From: a virus
Length of the DNA stretch: 64,000 bases
Strand: one strand, 5' to 3'
Virus record (IMG/VR): IMGVR_UViG_3300020196_000003
Shown here: piece after piece, positions 18,111 to 29,112 of the stretch
Layout: each line of letters begins with the position of its first letter
Numbering within the stretch: position 1 is the stretch's first letter
Made by a program: the position numbers and the translations under genes
Notes under the pieces: generated by a model
The model's input: only the letters and a program-made list of their open reading frames with translations
What the model was told of the DNA's origin: nothing
The model's database searches: none

Positions 18111-18731
18111 ATGAACTCAGAAGCAGAATTACTACAGAAATTAATGATCTCAAAAAAGATCATGGAAAAACATCAAAATATCGAAAGAAATCAGGCGAGA
18201 AATATATCATCAGGATCAGGTTTGTCGGCACCAATTGTTGAAGACTACAACGCTCCTTTGGCAAAATATAATATTCCATCCGACATATTGGAAGAGGCAA
18301 AACCTGTTGTACAACAGACACCCTCTAACATTTCGGTAGAACAACGAATTGCTAGCTCTAAACTCCCTGACGAAATCAAACGGTTGATGATGGAACACCC
18401 AATACAACAACCAACAATGGGAACTGCGACAGGAGCGGTATTGAGTGATGATTTAGTTGAAAGAGCTAGTAGATTGATGAATACTAACACAAAAAATAAT
18501 GTCTCTGAATCAGAAACTAAAAGACATGTTCAAACACAACAACATCCAATACAATCTACTTTGAGCGGAAAACAGATAAAAGATATTGTTAGAGGAACTG
18601 TTGAGGATGTTTTGAAGGAAAATGGACTGTTAATTGAATCTGAAATAAGATCAAACGAAATATTTAAGTTTAGAGTTGGCGAACATTTATTCGAAGGTAA
18701 AGTTACCAAAATTAAAAAAATTGCAAAATAA
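18111..18731 (+). CDS. hypothetical protein
   Basis: 206-aa ORF followed by a terminator. Confidence 0.7.
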   Translation: MNSEAELLQKLMISKKIMEKHQNIERNQARNISSGSGLSAPIVEDYNAPLAKYNIPSDILEEAKPVVQQTPSNISVEQRIASSKLPDEIKRLMMEHPIQQPTMGTATGAVLSDDLVERASRLMNTNTKNNVSESETKRHVQTQQHPIQSTLSGKQIKDIVRGTVEDVLKENGLLIESEIRSNEIFKFRVGEHLFEGKVTKIKKIAK

Positions 18732-18754
18732 AAAAACTTTTCAGGCGTCCACTC

Positions 18755-18782
18755 AATCCACCCATTAAAGGTGGATTTTTTT
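18755..18782 (+). terminator. rho-independent terminator
   Basis: AATCCACC-CATTAAA-GGTGGATT followed by a T-run. Confidence 0.75.
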
Positions 18783-18813
18783 ATTGAAAATTACGATGAA
18801 AAAAAATTTAGAA

Positions 18814-18842
18814 TTGATAAAACAAAAAAATATGGTTATAAT
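18814..18842 (+). promoter_or_regulatory. possible sigma70-like promoter of the glycosylation operon
   Basis: TTGATA-N17-TATAAT after a terminator; the AT-rich context weakens the call. Confidence 0.35.
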
Positions 18843-18894
18843 TCATAAGTAAGACGGGAAATGACTATTAAAAAATATTTTTCCTTTATTAGAA

Positions 18895-20121
18895 TTGAAA
18901 CCAAACATGAAAGAAAAAATCAAAATTTTAGTACTACCTTCAGACGCATCAGGAGTAGGAAAATATCGGTCAGTCGACCCACACATTATGTTACAAAATT
19001 TATATCCTGACGATTTCCACGTCGATATAGATTTCACACCGAAAGTTAGTGATTTTAATTATTGGAAAAATTACCAAATTGTTCATTTTCATAGAAATTT
19101 TGGAACCTTAGAACAATGTCCAACAATTATCAAAGCCCTTAAAAGTATGGGGATTATTGTTATTGCCGACCTCGATGATTATTGGTTACCAACAAAAGAA
19201 CACCCTATTCACAATTTAATTTTGGCAGACAAAATGAATTCAAAAATTATCGAGAATCTTAAGGCTGCCGATTATGTAACAACCACAACTGAAATATTTG
19301 CAAATGAAATTAGAAAAATTAACAAAAATGTTATTGTTTTTCCAAACGCAATTGACCCGAAAGAAGGACAGTTTAATAAACCAACATTACCTTCAGACAA
19401 AATAAGAGTTGGTTGGTTAGGCGGTTCTTCTCATTTACATGATCTTAAATTATTAGATGGAATGGTTGGCAAACTATCAAGTCAACAGGATAAATTACAA
19501 TTTTATTTGTGTGGATTCGATATACGAGGTTCCGTAACCGAAATTAATAAAGACACTGGAGAAAAAAAACAAAGACCTATTAAACCTGAAGAAACTGTTT
19601 GGGCAAGGTATGAAGAGATTTTTACAAATAATTATAAAATTGTTTCTCCTGAATATAAATTATTTTTGAATCAATATAAGGAAGAAGATTTTCCTAACCT
19701 TTACAATGAAAATTATGTTCGTGTTTGGACTAGACCAACTGACTCATACGCAAAAAATTATTCAAAATTTGACATCTCATTAGCACCAATTAAAAACCAC
19801 ATATTTAATAGAATGAAATCCCAACTCAAAGTTATTGAAGCGGGATTTTACAAAAAAACCATAATTGCATCAAATCTTGGACCGTACACAATTGATTTGA
19901 AACACGCCCTAAAAAATGGTCAATTTACGGATGGAAATGCACTTTTAGTCGATGAAGTAAGAAATCATAGTGATTGGGTCAAAAATATTAAAAAATTAGT
20001 TGATAATCCAAATATGATTGTAGATCTTGGCGAAAAATTATATGAAACCGTTAAAGACAAATATGACTTAAACTTTGTGACTCATCGAAGATCCGAATTT
20101 TACAAATCCTTAATTAAATAA
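18895..20121 (+). CDS. GT-B (GT4-like) glycosyltransferase
   Basis: DLDDYW, RVGWLGGSSHLHDL, DISLAPI...FNRMKSQLKVIEAG; true start likely ATG 18907. Confidence 0.8.
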   Translation: MKPNMKEKIKILVLPSDASGVGKYRSVDPHIMLQNLYPDDFHVDIDFTPKVSDFNYWKNYQIVHFHRNFGTLEQCPTIIKALKSMGIIVIADLDDYWLPTKEHPIHNLILADKMNSKIIENLKAADYVTTTTEIFANEIRKINKNVIVFPNAIDPKEGQFNKPTLPSDKIRVGWLGGSSHLHDLKLLDGMVGKLSSQQDKLQFYLCGFDIRGSVTEINKDTGEKKQRPIKPEETVWARYEEIFTNNYKIVSPEYKLFLNQYKEEDFPNLYNENYVRVWTRPTDSYAKNYSKFDISLAPIKNHIFNRMKSQLKVIEAGFYKKTIIASNLGPYTIDLKHALKNGQFTDGNALLVDEVRNHSDWVKNIKKLVDNPNMIVDLGEKLYETVKDKYDLNFVTHRRSEFYKSLIK

Positions 20122-20123
20122 AA

Positions 20124-20849
20124 ATGATTAATATTCCAATAACAAAAATTTTATTTTTAGATATCGAAACCGTTGGTGGATGTGCTGATTACCAAACGTG
20201 TATCAATTTTAATCCCAAAGTTGCCGAACAATTTGATAAATACTTTGATTGGTTTTTGAAAAGATTTCCTGAAGATAAAGAATCGGGTAAAGAAAAAACA
20301 ACTGAAGAACACATGGATATTGTTTTCAAAAAACGAGCGGCACTTGTTCCTGAGTTTGCAAAGATTGTTTGTGTATCCATGGCATTTGTTTTAGATAATG
20401 GAGAAACAAAAAGACAAACATTTTTAGGTGATGATGAACATAAACTACTTACTGAAGTAAGAGACCTTTTGAACCGTTGTCATAAATTAGATTTTTATTT
20501 ATGTGGACATAATTTAAAAAACTTTGATATTCCAATGTTAGCAAAACGAATGATTGTAAATGGAATTATGCCATCTAAAATTCTACCGTCATACGATACT
20601 AAACCATGGGAGGTAAAAGCTATCGATACAAAAGAAATTTGGCAATACGGTGCATATACATCAATTGGATCTTTAGATTTAATGTGTGCTTGTTTAGACA
20701 TCCCAACACCAAAAGATGGTGAGGTCAATGGTGGTATGGTACATGAGGCGTATTGGAGTCATAATAGATTAAAAGAAATCGCCGAATACTGTGAAAAAGA
20801 TGTTAAAGTTTTGGTTGATACAATAATAAAATTAAAATCATTGAGATAA
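20124..20849 (+). CDS. 3'-5' exonuclease, PolB-exonuclease-related (DEDDy)
   Basis: LDIET, GHNLKNFDIP and YCEKDV motifs. Confidence 0.85.
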   Translation: MINIPITKILFLDIETVGGCADYQTCINFNPKVAEQFDKYFDWFLKRFPEDKESGKEKTTEEHMDIVFKKRAALVPEFAKIVCVSMAFVLDNGETKRQTFLGDDEHKLLTEVRDLLNRCHKLDFYLCGHNLKNFDIPMLAKRMIVNGIMPSKILPSYDTKPWEVKAIDTKEIWQYGAYTSIGSLDLMCACLDIPTPKDGEVNGGMVHEAYWSHNRLKEIAEYCEKDVKVLVDTIIKLKSLR

Positions 20850-21463
20850 TGAGTAAAGAACTAAATAATAACGAAGAACAAGAAATAAACGCTCTTATAA
20901 AAATGTTAGAAGATCTAAATTCGAATGATAACGGAACTAGTGAGATTAATTATAATTCCTTATTTGACACAATTGGTTTAGACTTTCAAGAATTAGAAGA
21001 TGAAATTAAATCATATGTCCCGAAACTTGACGTAAGTTATAAAAAATCAAATGAAAATACGATTGATCCAAAATATGTTTATGAGTCAGATTCTGGTTTT
21101 GATTTATATAGTGTTGAAGATAAGTGGATTCATCCTTTTGATAGGATCCTTATTCCTACGGGTCTTCATATTGATATACCTGATGGATACGAGATTCAAG
21201 TAAGATCTAAAAGTGGTTTAGCACTTAAACAGGGTTTAATGGTTTTGAATTCACCAGGAACTGTAGATCAAGGATATTTAGGAGAAATACAAGTTATACT
21301 TTTCAATACCACAAATCAAAAAGTTAAAATCGAAAAAGGTCAAAAAATTGCTCAAGCGGTTTTATGTCCTGTGGTGTCGGGCAAATGGGTAAACCTAATT
21401 TCAAAAAATAAATTAGAAAATAAAGACCGAAATAATAATGGTTTTGGGTCAACTGGTTTATGA
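20849..21463 (+). CDS. dut: dUTP diphosphatase with N-terminal acidic extension
   Basis: SGFDL, RSKSG, GTVDQGYLGEI, KIAQ and RNNNGFGSTG: the five dUTPase motifs. Confidence 0.93.
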   Translation: MSKELNNNEEQEINALIKMLEDLNSNDNGTSEINYNSLFDTIGLDFQELEDEIKSYVPKLDVSYKKSNENTIDPKYVYESDSGFDLYSVEDKWIHPFDRILIPTGLHIDIPDGYEIQVRSKSGLALKQGLMVLNSPGTVDQGYLGEIQVILFNTTNQKVKIEKGQKIAQAVLCPVVSGKWVNLISKNKLENKDRNNNGFGSTGL

Positions 21464-22839
21464 TTACAATAGGATTTAGTACAAAAACACCGAAACCAAA
21501 TTTTATACAACAAATCAAAGAAACTTGTGGTATTGATGACGCCGAGATCATAGAAAAAATAAATAATGGTGAAAAATCATTATCGGTTGTTTATAATGAA
21601 ATATTAAATGAAAGTTCCAATAACATTGTTATATTATGCCATGACGACATTATTTTTGAAAAAAAATATTGGGCAAAACGTGTGATTGAGCATTTCCAAA
21701 AAAGACCAGAGTATGGTATTTTGGGTGTTGCAGGTACAAGGTATTACCCTGAATCAGGTATGTGGTGGGAAGTATCATCTGAAATGATAGGTCAAGTTTA
21801 TCACCAACACAACGGTAAAAAATGGTTATCAAAGTATAGCGAACCATTTGGTAATAAAGTTTTACAATCGGTTATTGTTGACGGTGTTTTCATGATGATA
21901 CAAAAAGATAAAATATCCAAACAGTTCAATGAAAATGTTCAGGGATTCCATTTTTACGATACTACGTTTACATTCGAAAATCATTTAGAGGGTGTTAAGG
22001 TTGGTGTAATATCTAATATTCCAATAACACACTTATCAATTGGTCAAACTAACCGACAGTGGGAAGAAAACAGAATTAAATTTATAGACACATTTAAATA
22101 TAAATTACCTCAAATAATTGGTACTGATTTACCTACGTTTACACATGACTCAAAACAACCTTTAGTTTCTGTAATTATGCCGATCCATAATTACGGTAAC
22201 ATGTTTCAAAAATCATTAGAGTCAGTATTCAATTCGACTTATAAAAATATTGAGTTAGTAATTGTGAATGATGGGTCTAACAACCAATATATTCTTAATA
22301 AACTTGAGAGTTTATCAAATCACCCAAACATTAAAATTATACATCAAAAAAATGCCGGTCCTTCTTCAGCAAGGAATACTGGTATTAAAAATTCTACTGG
22401 TGAGTATATTTTACCTTTAGATTCTGATGACATGATATCACCAGAATATATCCAAACTTGTGTTAATTTAATTGAAAAAAATAATAAATTGAGTCCGGTG
22501 TATTGTGATACAAACCATGTTGGTCAAATGAACGGGGTTGAGAAGAGACCTGAATGGTCTAAAGAACGTTTAATACAAGGGCCATTCATTGTTAATTGTT
22601 CTATGTTTACTAAAGAAGCCTTCAGCAAATGTGGTGGTTATGACGAAAATATGAAAGGTTGGGAAGATTATGACTTATGGGTACGAATGATGAAATCAGG
22701 ATATGTAGGTAAAAGAATACCAAAACCATTATTCACTTATTTTCATCACGAAAAGGATGGAACTGTATCTACCGAAGCTAATAAAAATAGTCAAGAACTT
22801 TATGACTATATTATGAAAAAAAATAATTTACAAAATTAA
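21460..22839 (+). CDS. two-domain GT2 glycosyltransferase
   Basis: ILCHDD / GFHFYD domain plus VSVIMP, VNDGS, SARNTG, LDSDD, WEDYDLW. Confidence 0.85.
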   Translation: MITIGFSTKTPKPNFIQQIKETCGIDDAEIIEKINNGEKSLSVVYNEILNESSNNIVILCHDDIIFEKKYWAKRVIEHFQKRPEYGILGVAGTRYYPESGMWWEVSSEMIGQVYHQHNGKKWLSKYSEPFGNKVLQSVIVDGVFMMIQKDKISKQFNENVQGFHFYDTTFTFENHLEGVKVGVISNIPITHLSIGQTNRQWEENRIKFIDTFKYKLPQIIGTDLPTFTHDSKQPLVSVIMPIHNYGNMFQKSLESVFNSTYKNIELVIVNDGSNNQYILNKLESLSNHPNIKIIHQKNAGPSSARNTGIKNSTGEYILPLDSDDMISPEYIQTCVNLIEKNNKLSPVYCDTNHVGQMNGVEKRPEWSKERLIQGPFIVNCSMFTKEAFSKCGGYDENMKGWEDYDLWVRMMKSGYVGKRIPKPLFTYFHHEKDGTVSTEANKNSQELYDYIMKKNNLQN

Positions 22840-22845
22840 AATAAT

Positions 22846-23469
22846 ATGACACTTAACGATTTAACAGACTCAATTTACGTTATAAATCTGAAAGAAAGAA
22901 CTGACAGAAAAGAACACATTTTAAATCAATTAGAAAAAATAGGATGCAAAGATTATATTTTATTTGAGGGTGTTAACGGTAAAAAAATTGAGAATCCCAC
23001 AAAAATGCCTTCAGGTATGTTTGGTTTAATTAAGACTTATATAAACATGTATAATGATTGGAAAAAAACACCTAAAGATAGTATTCTAATTATTGAGGAT
23101 GATTGTATCTTCGTTGACGATTTTAATGAAAAATTAAAGGAGTATATGGATCATGTTCCTGAAAACTGGGACATGTTGTATTTTGGGGCAAATCACAATT
23201 ATCATGTCGGTGAAAAAACAGAAGTTGTTAATGAAAAATGTATCAAACTTAATAAGAGTTTTTCGGCACATTGTGTTATACTAAAATCTTATGTGTTTGA
23301 GGAATTGATGTTTGCACTACAAACATATTCAATTGAGAATGATGTAATGATGGCAAACCTCCAAAGAAAATATAAGGCGTATTCAAGTGTTCCAGGTTTA
23401 ACTTCACAAATTGTTAGTTTTTCTGATATACAAAATCAAGTAATGGATTATAATTGGTTGATAAAATGA
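22846..23469 (+). CDS. GT25 family glycosyltransferase
   Basis: YVINLKERTDRK, LIIEDD, WDMLYFG. Confidence 0.8.
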   Translation: MTLNDLTDSIYVINLKERTDRKEHILNQLEKIGCKDYILFEGVNGKKIENPTKMPSGMFGLIKTYINMYNDWKKTPKDSILIIEDDCIFVDDFNEKLKEYMDHVPENWDMLYFGANHNYHVGEKTEVVNEKCIKLNKSFSAHCVILKSYVFEELMFALQTYSIENDVMMANLQRKYKAYSSVPGLTSQIVSFSDIQNQVMDYNWLIK

Positions 23470-24278
23470 TTGTAACTTCGTATTTGATGGGTGGGTTAGG
23501 AAATCAAATGTTCCAAATCGCCAAAGCAAAAACGGAAGGATTTAAAAATAACATTGATGTAGTTTTTAGACCTATTTCATTTATTCCTATGGAGGGAAAT
23601 CAACCAACAAAATATATGAATAACATTTTTAGGAATTTAAAATTTGATAACATTACAGAACCACTAATAAGAATATCAGAACCATCTTGGTCGTATAATA
23701 AAATTGAACCGTTGTATCATACGTCCACTGAGTTTTTTGGTTACTTTCAAAGTAGTAAAAATTTTGGGGATTTTAAAAATCAAATTAAAAGTTTATTCCA
23801 ACCAACTGAAGAGTTTATAAATAAAATAAAAAAATTATATCCTTTTGTTTTCAAAAATAACTCAATATCCATTCATGTTCGTAGGGGTGATTACTTAGGT
23901 GTTAGTGATATTTTACCTGTGGTTGATAAATCATATTTAAATGAGTGTCTTAGTCTAATTGATAAAAAAGGTTATATTTTTATATTCTCTAATGACAAAG
24001 ATTGGGTCGAGAAGAATCTAAATTACCCCAATTCAACCATTGTTAATAAATTAGATGATTATGAAGAATTATGGATGATGAGTTTATGTAATCATAATAT
24101 TATGTCTAATTCTTCATTTTCTTGGTGGGGATCTTATCTTAATTTAAATCACAATAAAAAAGTATTTGTACCATCAATTTGGTTTGGGCCTAGAGGGGAA
24201 AAACACTACCAAGATATATACGAAAATAAATGGATAAAAATAAATGTTAAATATGAAAACGGAAAACTCATTGTCTAA
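23454..24278 (+). CDS. GT11 alpha-1,2-fucosyltransferase-like protein
   Basis: GGLGNQMFQ, GYFQS, IHVRRGDY, NSSFSWWG. Confidence 0.88.
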   Translation: MVDKMIVTSYLMGGLGNQMFQIAKAKTEGFKNNIDVVFRPISFIPMEGNQPTKYMNNIFRNLKFDNITEPLIRISEPSWSYNKIEPLYHTSTEFFGYFQSSKNFGDFKNQIKSLFQPTEEFINKIKKLYPFVFKNNSISIHVRRGDYLGVSDILPVVDKSYLNECLSLIDKKGYIFIFSNDKDWVEKNLNYPNSTIVNKLDDYEELWMMSLCNHNIMSNSSFSWWGSYLNLNHNKKVFVPSIWFGPRGEKHYQDIYENKWIKINVKYENGKLIV

Positions 24279-25029
24279 TACATCAATCTCTGACGAAAAC
24301 AACTTTAAAAACATATGTAAATTTGCATGTGAAGATAATTATATTTTTAATAATTTTAAATCTAACCCTTCATTTAATCAGATATTAGAACACACAACAT
24401 ATGAACAAGGAGTTGGGTATATAAACGAAATAGAAAAATTAACAAAGATAGATATGTCGTTAATTGAAAAATTTAAAACTAACGATATACAAGGTAACCC
24501 AAAACAGTTTTGGTATAAAGAACCTTATGGTAATGTATCCCCATCAACATTAAGGTATATTAAGGTTTTAAACGATTTAATCACATTATTCGGTAACCTT
24601 GACGATATGTCAATTGTGGAAATAGGTGTGGGTTACGGAGGACAATCAAAAATTATACAAGATCATTTTAATATAAAAGAATATAACTTTGTTGATTTAC
24701 CTGAAGTTTTGGGACTCACAAAAAAATATTTAGATATGTACGATTACAAAAATCTTAATTTTTTAAATTTTAATAATCTACCAAATAAAAAATACGATTT
24801 GATAATATCAAATTATGCTATTACTGAGTGTAGTAAAGAAATGCAAGACATTTACATCGAAAAGATAATTTATAATTCAAAGCATTGTTATATCACCGGA
24901 AACGATATTGGTGATCATTTTAATTTAAAAAATTACAATAAAGATGAGTGGGGTAAAAAAATACCTAACTCAATTTTTACAGAAGAAAAACCATTAACTC
25001 ACCATAAAAACTATATATTATATTTTTAA
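24244..25029 (+). CDS. putative sugar O-methyltransferase
   Basis: EIGVGYGG, VDLPEV and DLIISNYAITEC SAM-dependent motifs. Confidence 0.7.
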   Translation: MLNMKTENSLSNTSISDENNFKNICKFACEDNYIFNNFKSNPSFNQILEHTTYEQGVGYINEIEKLTKIDMSLIEKFKTNDIQGNPKQFWYKEPYGNVSPSTLRYIKVLNDLITLFGNLDDMSIVEIGVGYGGQSKIIQDHFNIKEYNFVDLPEVLGLTKKYLDMYDYKNLNFLNFNNLPNKKYDLIISNYAITECSKEMQDIYIEKIIYNSKHCYITGNDIGDHFNLKNYNKDEWGKKIPNSIFTEEKPLTHHKNYILYF

Positions 25030-25032
25030 ATT

Positions 25033-25827
25033 ATGGATATTTTTAATATGAAAAGTCAAATTTTTCTACACAATGGGTCATCAACTGTTAACCAAACACC
25101 GAAGTATTTTAAATGGGATTTTTTTAATGGTACAGGTGAGTATGATTTCTATATCGATGGTGGGATTATTAATGGTATTAATAATAGATTAGACGGTAAT
25201 AAAAAAGTTTTATGGACACTAGAATCACCGTACTTTAATAATGGGGTTTTTGATTATATAAAAAATAATTTAAAATTAGTTTTAGACGTTTTTGATTATA
25301 TTTTCACATATAATGAGGAGTTATTATCGCTTAGTCAAAAGTTTTATTTTGTACCCGCAATGGGGTCATGGATAAAAGAGCCTATGATGTGTGATAAAAA
25401 AAAATTAGTATCAATGGTAACGTCAAATAAAACTTTTACAGAGCAACAAAAACTTAGGTTTGATTTCGCCAACAACCATAAAGATAAGATTGATGTGTAT
25501 GGTAGAGGATTTAATGAAATACATAATAAAGAAGAAGGTTTATGTGATTATATGTTTTCCGTTTGTATTGAGAACGCAACAATGGACACATATTTTACTG
25601 AAAAAATATTAGACTGTTTTGCAACCGGAACAATACCAATTTATAAAGGGTCTAAAAAAATAATTGATTATTTTGATAAAGATGGTATTCTTTTTTTAGA
25701 TGAGATAAATATTAACGATTTAAGTGAAGATTTATATCTGTCAAAAATAGAGTCAGTTAAAAAAAATCTATATTTATGTAAAGAATTTATATTACCTGAA
25801 GATATTATATATAAAAAAATAAAATAA
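25033..25827 (+). CDS. GT10 fucosyltransferase-like protein
   Basis: YMFSVCIEN...YFTEKILDCFATGTIPIYKG alpha-1,3-FucT motif. Confidence 0.8.
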   Translation: MDIFNMKSQIFLHNGSSTVNQTPKYFKWDFFNGTGEYDFYIDGGIINGINNRLDGNKKVLWTLESPYFNNGVFDYIKNNLKLVLDVFDYIFTYNEELLSLSQKFYFVPAMGSWIKEPMMCDKKKLVSMVTSNKTFTEQQKLRFDFANNHKDKIDVYGRGFNEIHNKEEGLCDYMFSVCIENATMDTYFTEKILDCFATGTIPIYKGSKKIIDYFDKDGILFLDEININDLSEDLYLSKIESVKKNLYLCKEFILPEDIIYKKIK

Positions 25828-25828
25828 A

Positions 25829-26518
25829 ATGAAAGTAGTTAGTTTTTCACTTTTTGGTTCGGATCCACTATACACCATAGGTGCTGTTAAGAACTCTGAA
25901 TTAATGTTTAAAATATTTCCGGAATGGAAAATGTGGGTTTACCATGACGACACAGTACCAAATGAAATATTAGATAAATTAAAAAACAATAATGTTAAAC
26001 TAATAAAATCCGAAAATAATGGGTTTTATAGGTCTATGTGGAGATTCTACCCCTGTGGAAATAAATCTGTAGAATACTTTATATCTAGAGATGCTGACTC
26101 AAGGATTTCTCTAAGAGATAGGGCATCGGTATATGAATGGATAGATTCTGGAAAAGATTTTCATATAATTAGAGACCACCCAGTTGGTCATTCGTGGGTT
26201 ATTAATGCGGGTATGTGGGGTTCTAAAGGTGGGTCGATAGATATAATACCCTTGATAGACCGATATAATAATAATCCCCACGAAAAGTTTATTGACCAAA
26301 TATTTTTAAGGGATATCATTTACCCGATGACTAAAACATCTAGATTAGTGCACGATGAGTACTTTAATTATGAAGGGGATTGTCGTAAAATAATGAGAGA
26401 TAGAAAAATAGATGACTTCGCATTTATTGGTGAATCTATAGACATTAACGATCAATCAAGGTATACTACAAATCCAGGGGATCAAAGAAAAACAATAATA
26501 GAAAGATACACAAATTAA
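25829..26518 (+). CDS. putative glycosyltransferase-like conserved protein
   Basis: SFSLFG, MWRF, SRDADSR, FHIIRDHP, AGMWG, DQIFL. Confidence 0.55.
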   Translation: MKVVSFSLFGSDPLYTIGAVKNSELMFKIFPEWKMWVYHDDTVPNEILDKLKNNNVKLIKSENNGFYRSMWRFYPCGNKSVEYFISRDADSRISLRDRASVYEWIDSGKDFHIIRDHPVGHSWVINAGMWGSKGGSIDIIPLIDRYNNNPHEKFIDQIFLRDIIYPMTKTSRLVHDEYFNYEGDCRKIMRDRKIDDFAFIGESIDINDQSRYTTNPGDQRKTIIERYTN

Positions 26519-26523
26519 AGAAA

Positions 26524-27218
26524 ATGGATTTTACTTTTGGTATAGTGACTAATAAACATATAAGTGATTTGTTTGATGTGATACACTCAATAGACCAACA
26601 AAAAATCCCTAATTATGAAATTATAATAGTAGGTGGGGATATGGGGTCATATAACCATCCAAAAATTAAACATATACCGTTTAATGAATCTTCAAAAACA
26701 GGATGGATAACAAAAAAAAAAACTTAATAACTCAAAATTCTATTTTTGAAAACATAGTTTTTCTACATGATTATATCACATTTTCAGATGGCTGGTACAG
26801 TGGTCAGATATTATCAGGTAATTATTTTGACATAAGAATGGATATTATATTAAATAAAGACGGTAGTAGATTCAGAGATTGGTGTCTATGGCCTCACAAT
26901 CAAATAAATCACGGACAATCAACTGAAGACATAATTAAAAGTTCTGCACTATTACCATATGAAATAAATAATTTAAATCAATTCCAATATATATCGGGAA
27001 GTTACTGGATTTCAAAAAAGAAAGTGATGGTAGAGTTTCCACTAAATGAGGATTTGACATGGGGAGAGGCGGAAGACGTGGAATGGTCTAAAAGAGTGAG
27101 GTTACATTATACATTTACCATGAATACTAAATCTATAGTACAATTTAAAAAACAAAAATCAGTGGTTTTTAACCTCACAACAAATGAAATAATAAAAAAA
27201 TTAGATGAATTAGTATGA
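26524..27218 (+). pseudogene. GT2-like glycosyltransferase split by a frameshift in an A11 run (26712-26722)
   Basis: ORFs 26524..26727 and 26703..27218 join as GWITKKKNLITQ with A12; FLHDY and WGEAEDVEWS motifs. Confidence 0.75.
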
Positions 27219-28570
27219 TAAAGTTAATAATATTTGATCTAGACGGTGTTTTAGTAGATGCTAAAATTATACATTTTAATTCTTTAAATGATGCGCTAGG
27301 ACCTAATTACTCTATAGATTGGTCGGAACATTTAAGTAAATACGACGGATTAAAAACTAACCAAAAATTAGAGATGTTAACAAAAGAAAAAGGATTACCA
27401 ATTGAGGATTATGACAAGGTTTGGAATGAAAAACAAAGATTAACATTATTAAAGTTAGGGTTGTTGTCTCCGTCAATTGAGTTACAAAATTGTATGAAAA
27501 AATTATCGAATGATGGTTATAAAATCGCATGTTGTAGTAATAGTATTCGTAAGACCGTATTGACGGTACTATCTAAATTGGGGATTATCGAATATTTTGA
27601 TTTAATTCTATCTAATGAAGATGTTAAAAATTCAAAACCTCATCCTGAAATTTATTGGAAAGCCGTTTCTATGATGGGATATCTACCTGAAGAAACTTTA
27701 ATTGTTGAGGATTCACCATATGGTTTATTGGCCGCTAGTAGATCTAAATCGAACATAATGAGGGTAAAGTCACCAAAGGAAGTTACCTACAATAATATAA
27801 ATAAACACCTTGGAGAGACAAAAATGAACACAACACTTAAATGGAAAAATGATAAATTAAATATTTTAATTCCAATGGCCGGCGCAGGTAGTAGATTTGA
27901 ACAAGCAGGATACACCTTCCCAAAACCACTAATTGAGGTTAAAAATAAACCTATGATCCAAGTAGTAGTTGAAAATTTAAATCTTGATGCGAATTATATA
28001 TATGTGGTACAAAAATCACATAGAAAAAAATACAATTTAGACATATTATTAAATTTGATAACACCCAATTGTACTATTGTTGAAACTAAAGGATTAACTG
28101 ATGGTGCAGCATGTACAGCACTATTAGCGAAAGAATTTATAAATAACGAGAATCCATTATTCTTTGCAAATTCAGATCAATTTGTTGAGTGGGATTCAAA
28201 TGAGTTTATGTATAAAATGCAAGAGACTGACGCCGATGGTGGTATTGTCACCTTCACCGCAACTCACCCAAAATGGTCTTTTGCTAAAGTTGATGAAAAT
28301 GGTTTGGTAACTGAAGTGGCAGAAAAAAAACCAATATCTAACACTGCGACTGTAGGATATTATTATTGGAAACATGGTTCGGATTTTGTTAAATATGCAG
28401 AACAAATGGTAAATAAAAATATAAGAGTAAATAAGGAATTTTATGTTTGTCCTGTTTTTAATGAAGCAATCAAAGACAATAAAAAAATTAGAACATTTAA
28501 TATAGAAAAAATGTGGGGATTAGGGACACCTGAAGATTTAAAAAATTACTTAGAAAATTTTAAAAAATAA
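27215..28570 (+). CDS. HAD phosphatase / sugar-nucleotidyltransferase fusion
   Basis: FDLDGVL, KPHPE and VEDS, plus IPMAGAGSRF...PKPLI. Confidence 0.85.
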   Translation: MIKLIIFDLDGVLVDAKIIHFNSLNDALGPNYSIDWSEHLSKYDGLKTNQKLEMLTKEKGLPIEDYDKVWNEKQRLTLLKLGLLSPSIELQNCMKKLSNDGYKIACCSNSIRKTVLTVLSKLGIIEYFDLILSNEDVKNSKPHPEIYWKAVSMMGYLPEETLIVEDSPYGLLAASRSKSNIMRVKSPKEVTYNNINKHLGETKMNTTLKWKNDKLNILIPMAGAGSRFEQAGYTFPKPLIEVKNKPMIQVVVENLNLDANYIYVVQKSHRKKYNLDILLNLITPNCTIVETKGLTDGAACTALLAKEFINNENPLFFANSDQFVEWDSNEFMYKMQETDADGGIVTFTATHPKWSFAKVDENGLVTEVAEKKPISNTATVGYYYWKHGSDFVKYAEQMVNKNIRVNKEFYVCPVFNEAIKDNKKIRTFNIEKMWGLGTPEDLKNYLENFKK

Positions 28571-28572
28571 AA

Positions 28573-29112
28573 ATGAATATCGTCATCCCAACATATAATA
28601 AACATTATCAATACAACATTAATTTTTTAGATTCATTTGATTTATACTGTTTAGATAAAAAAAACGATTATGTAATGTTAATTGTAGGTGAGGTTGATTG
28701 CCGAGTTCACCTACCAAAACAAATTCAATTGCAAAGTAGACCAATTGATGAGGTAATTATAGAATGTGTTGATAGATTTTTTAGAACCTATTTAGACCTA
28801 AAAGAAAGGGGATATAATGTAATTGGTTGGGGTGGCCACCCATCAACCATATCAGGACCTAGCGAAAACCCCTCAGAACCTATTATTGGGGATTGTCGTT
28901 TTAGAAATACAATAAGTTTAAAATGGGACTCATATATAGAATCTTTGTTTATTGAAAACAACATACCGCACGTTTCAATAATTAAAGACCTTATAGGTAT
29001 TGACGGACTAACTAAAATGAATTACTTTATGGATTATTGTCATTTAAAACATGACTTAGTTAAAGAAATCATACAAACAAAATTTAAAGAAATTGGAATC
29101 TATGTCTACTAA
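28573..29112 (+). CDS. probable chimeric gene (GT-like N-terminal stub plus SGNH-like C-terminal part)
   Basis: MNIVIPTY start, then GEVDCRVH...DYCH after an A8 run at ~28657. Confidence 0.5.
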   Translation: MNIVIPTYNKHYQYNINFLDSFDLYCLDKKNDYVMLIVGEVDCRVHLPKQIQLQSRPIDEVIIECVDRFFRTYLDLKERGYNVIGWGGHPSTISGPSENPSEPIIGDCRFRNTISLKWDSYIESLFIENNIPHVSIIKDLIGIDGLTKMNYFMDYCHLKHDLVKEIIQTKFKEIGIYVY

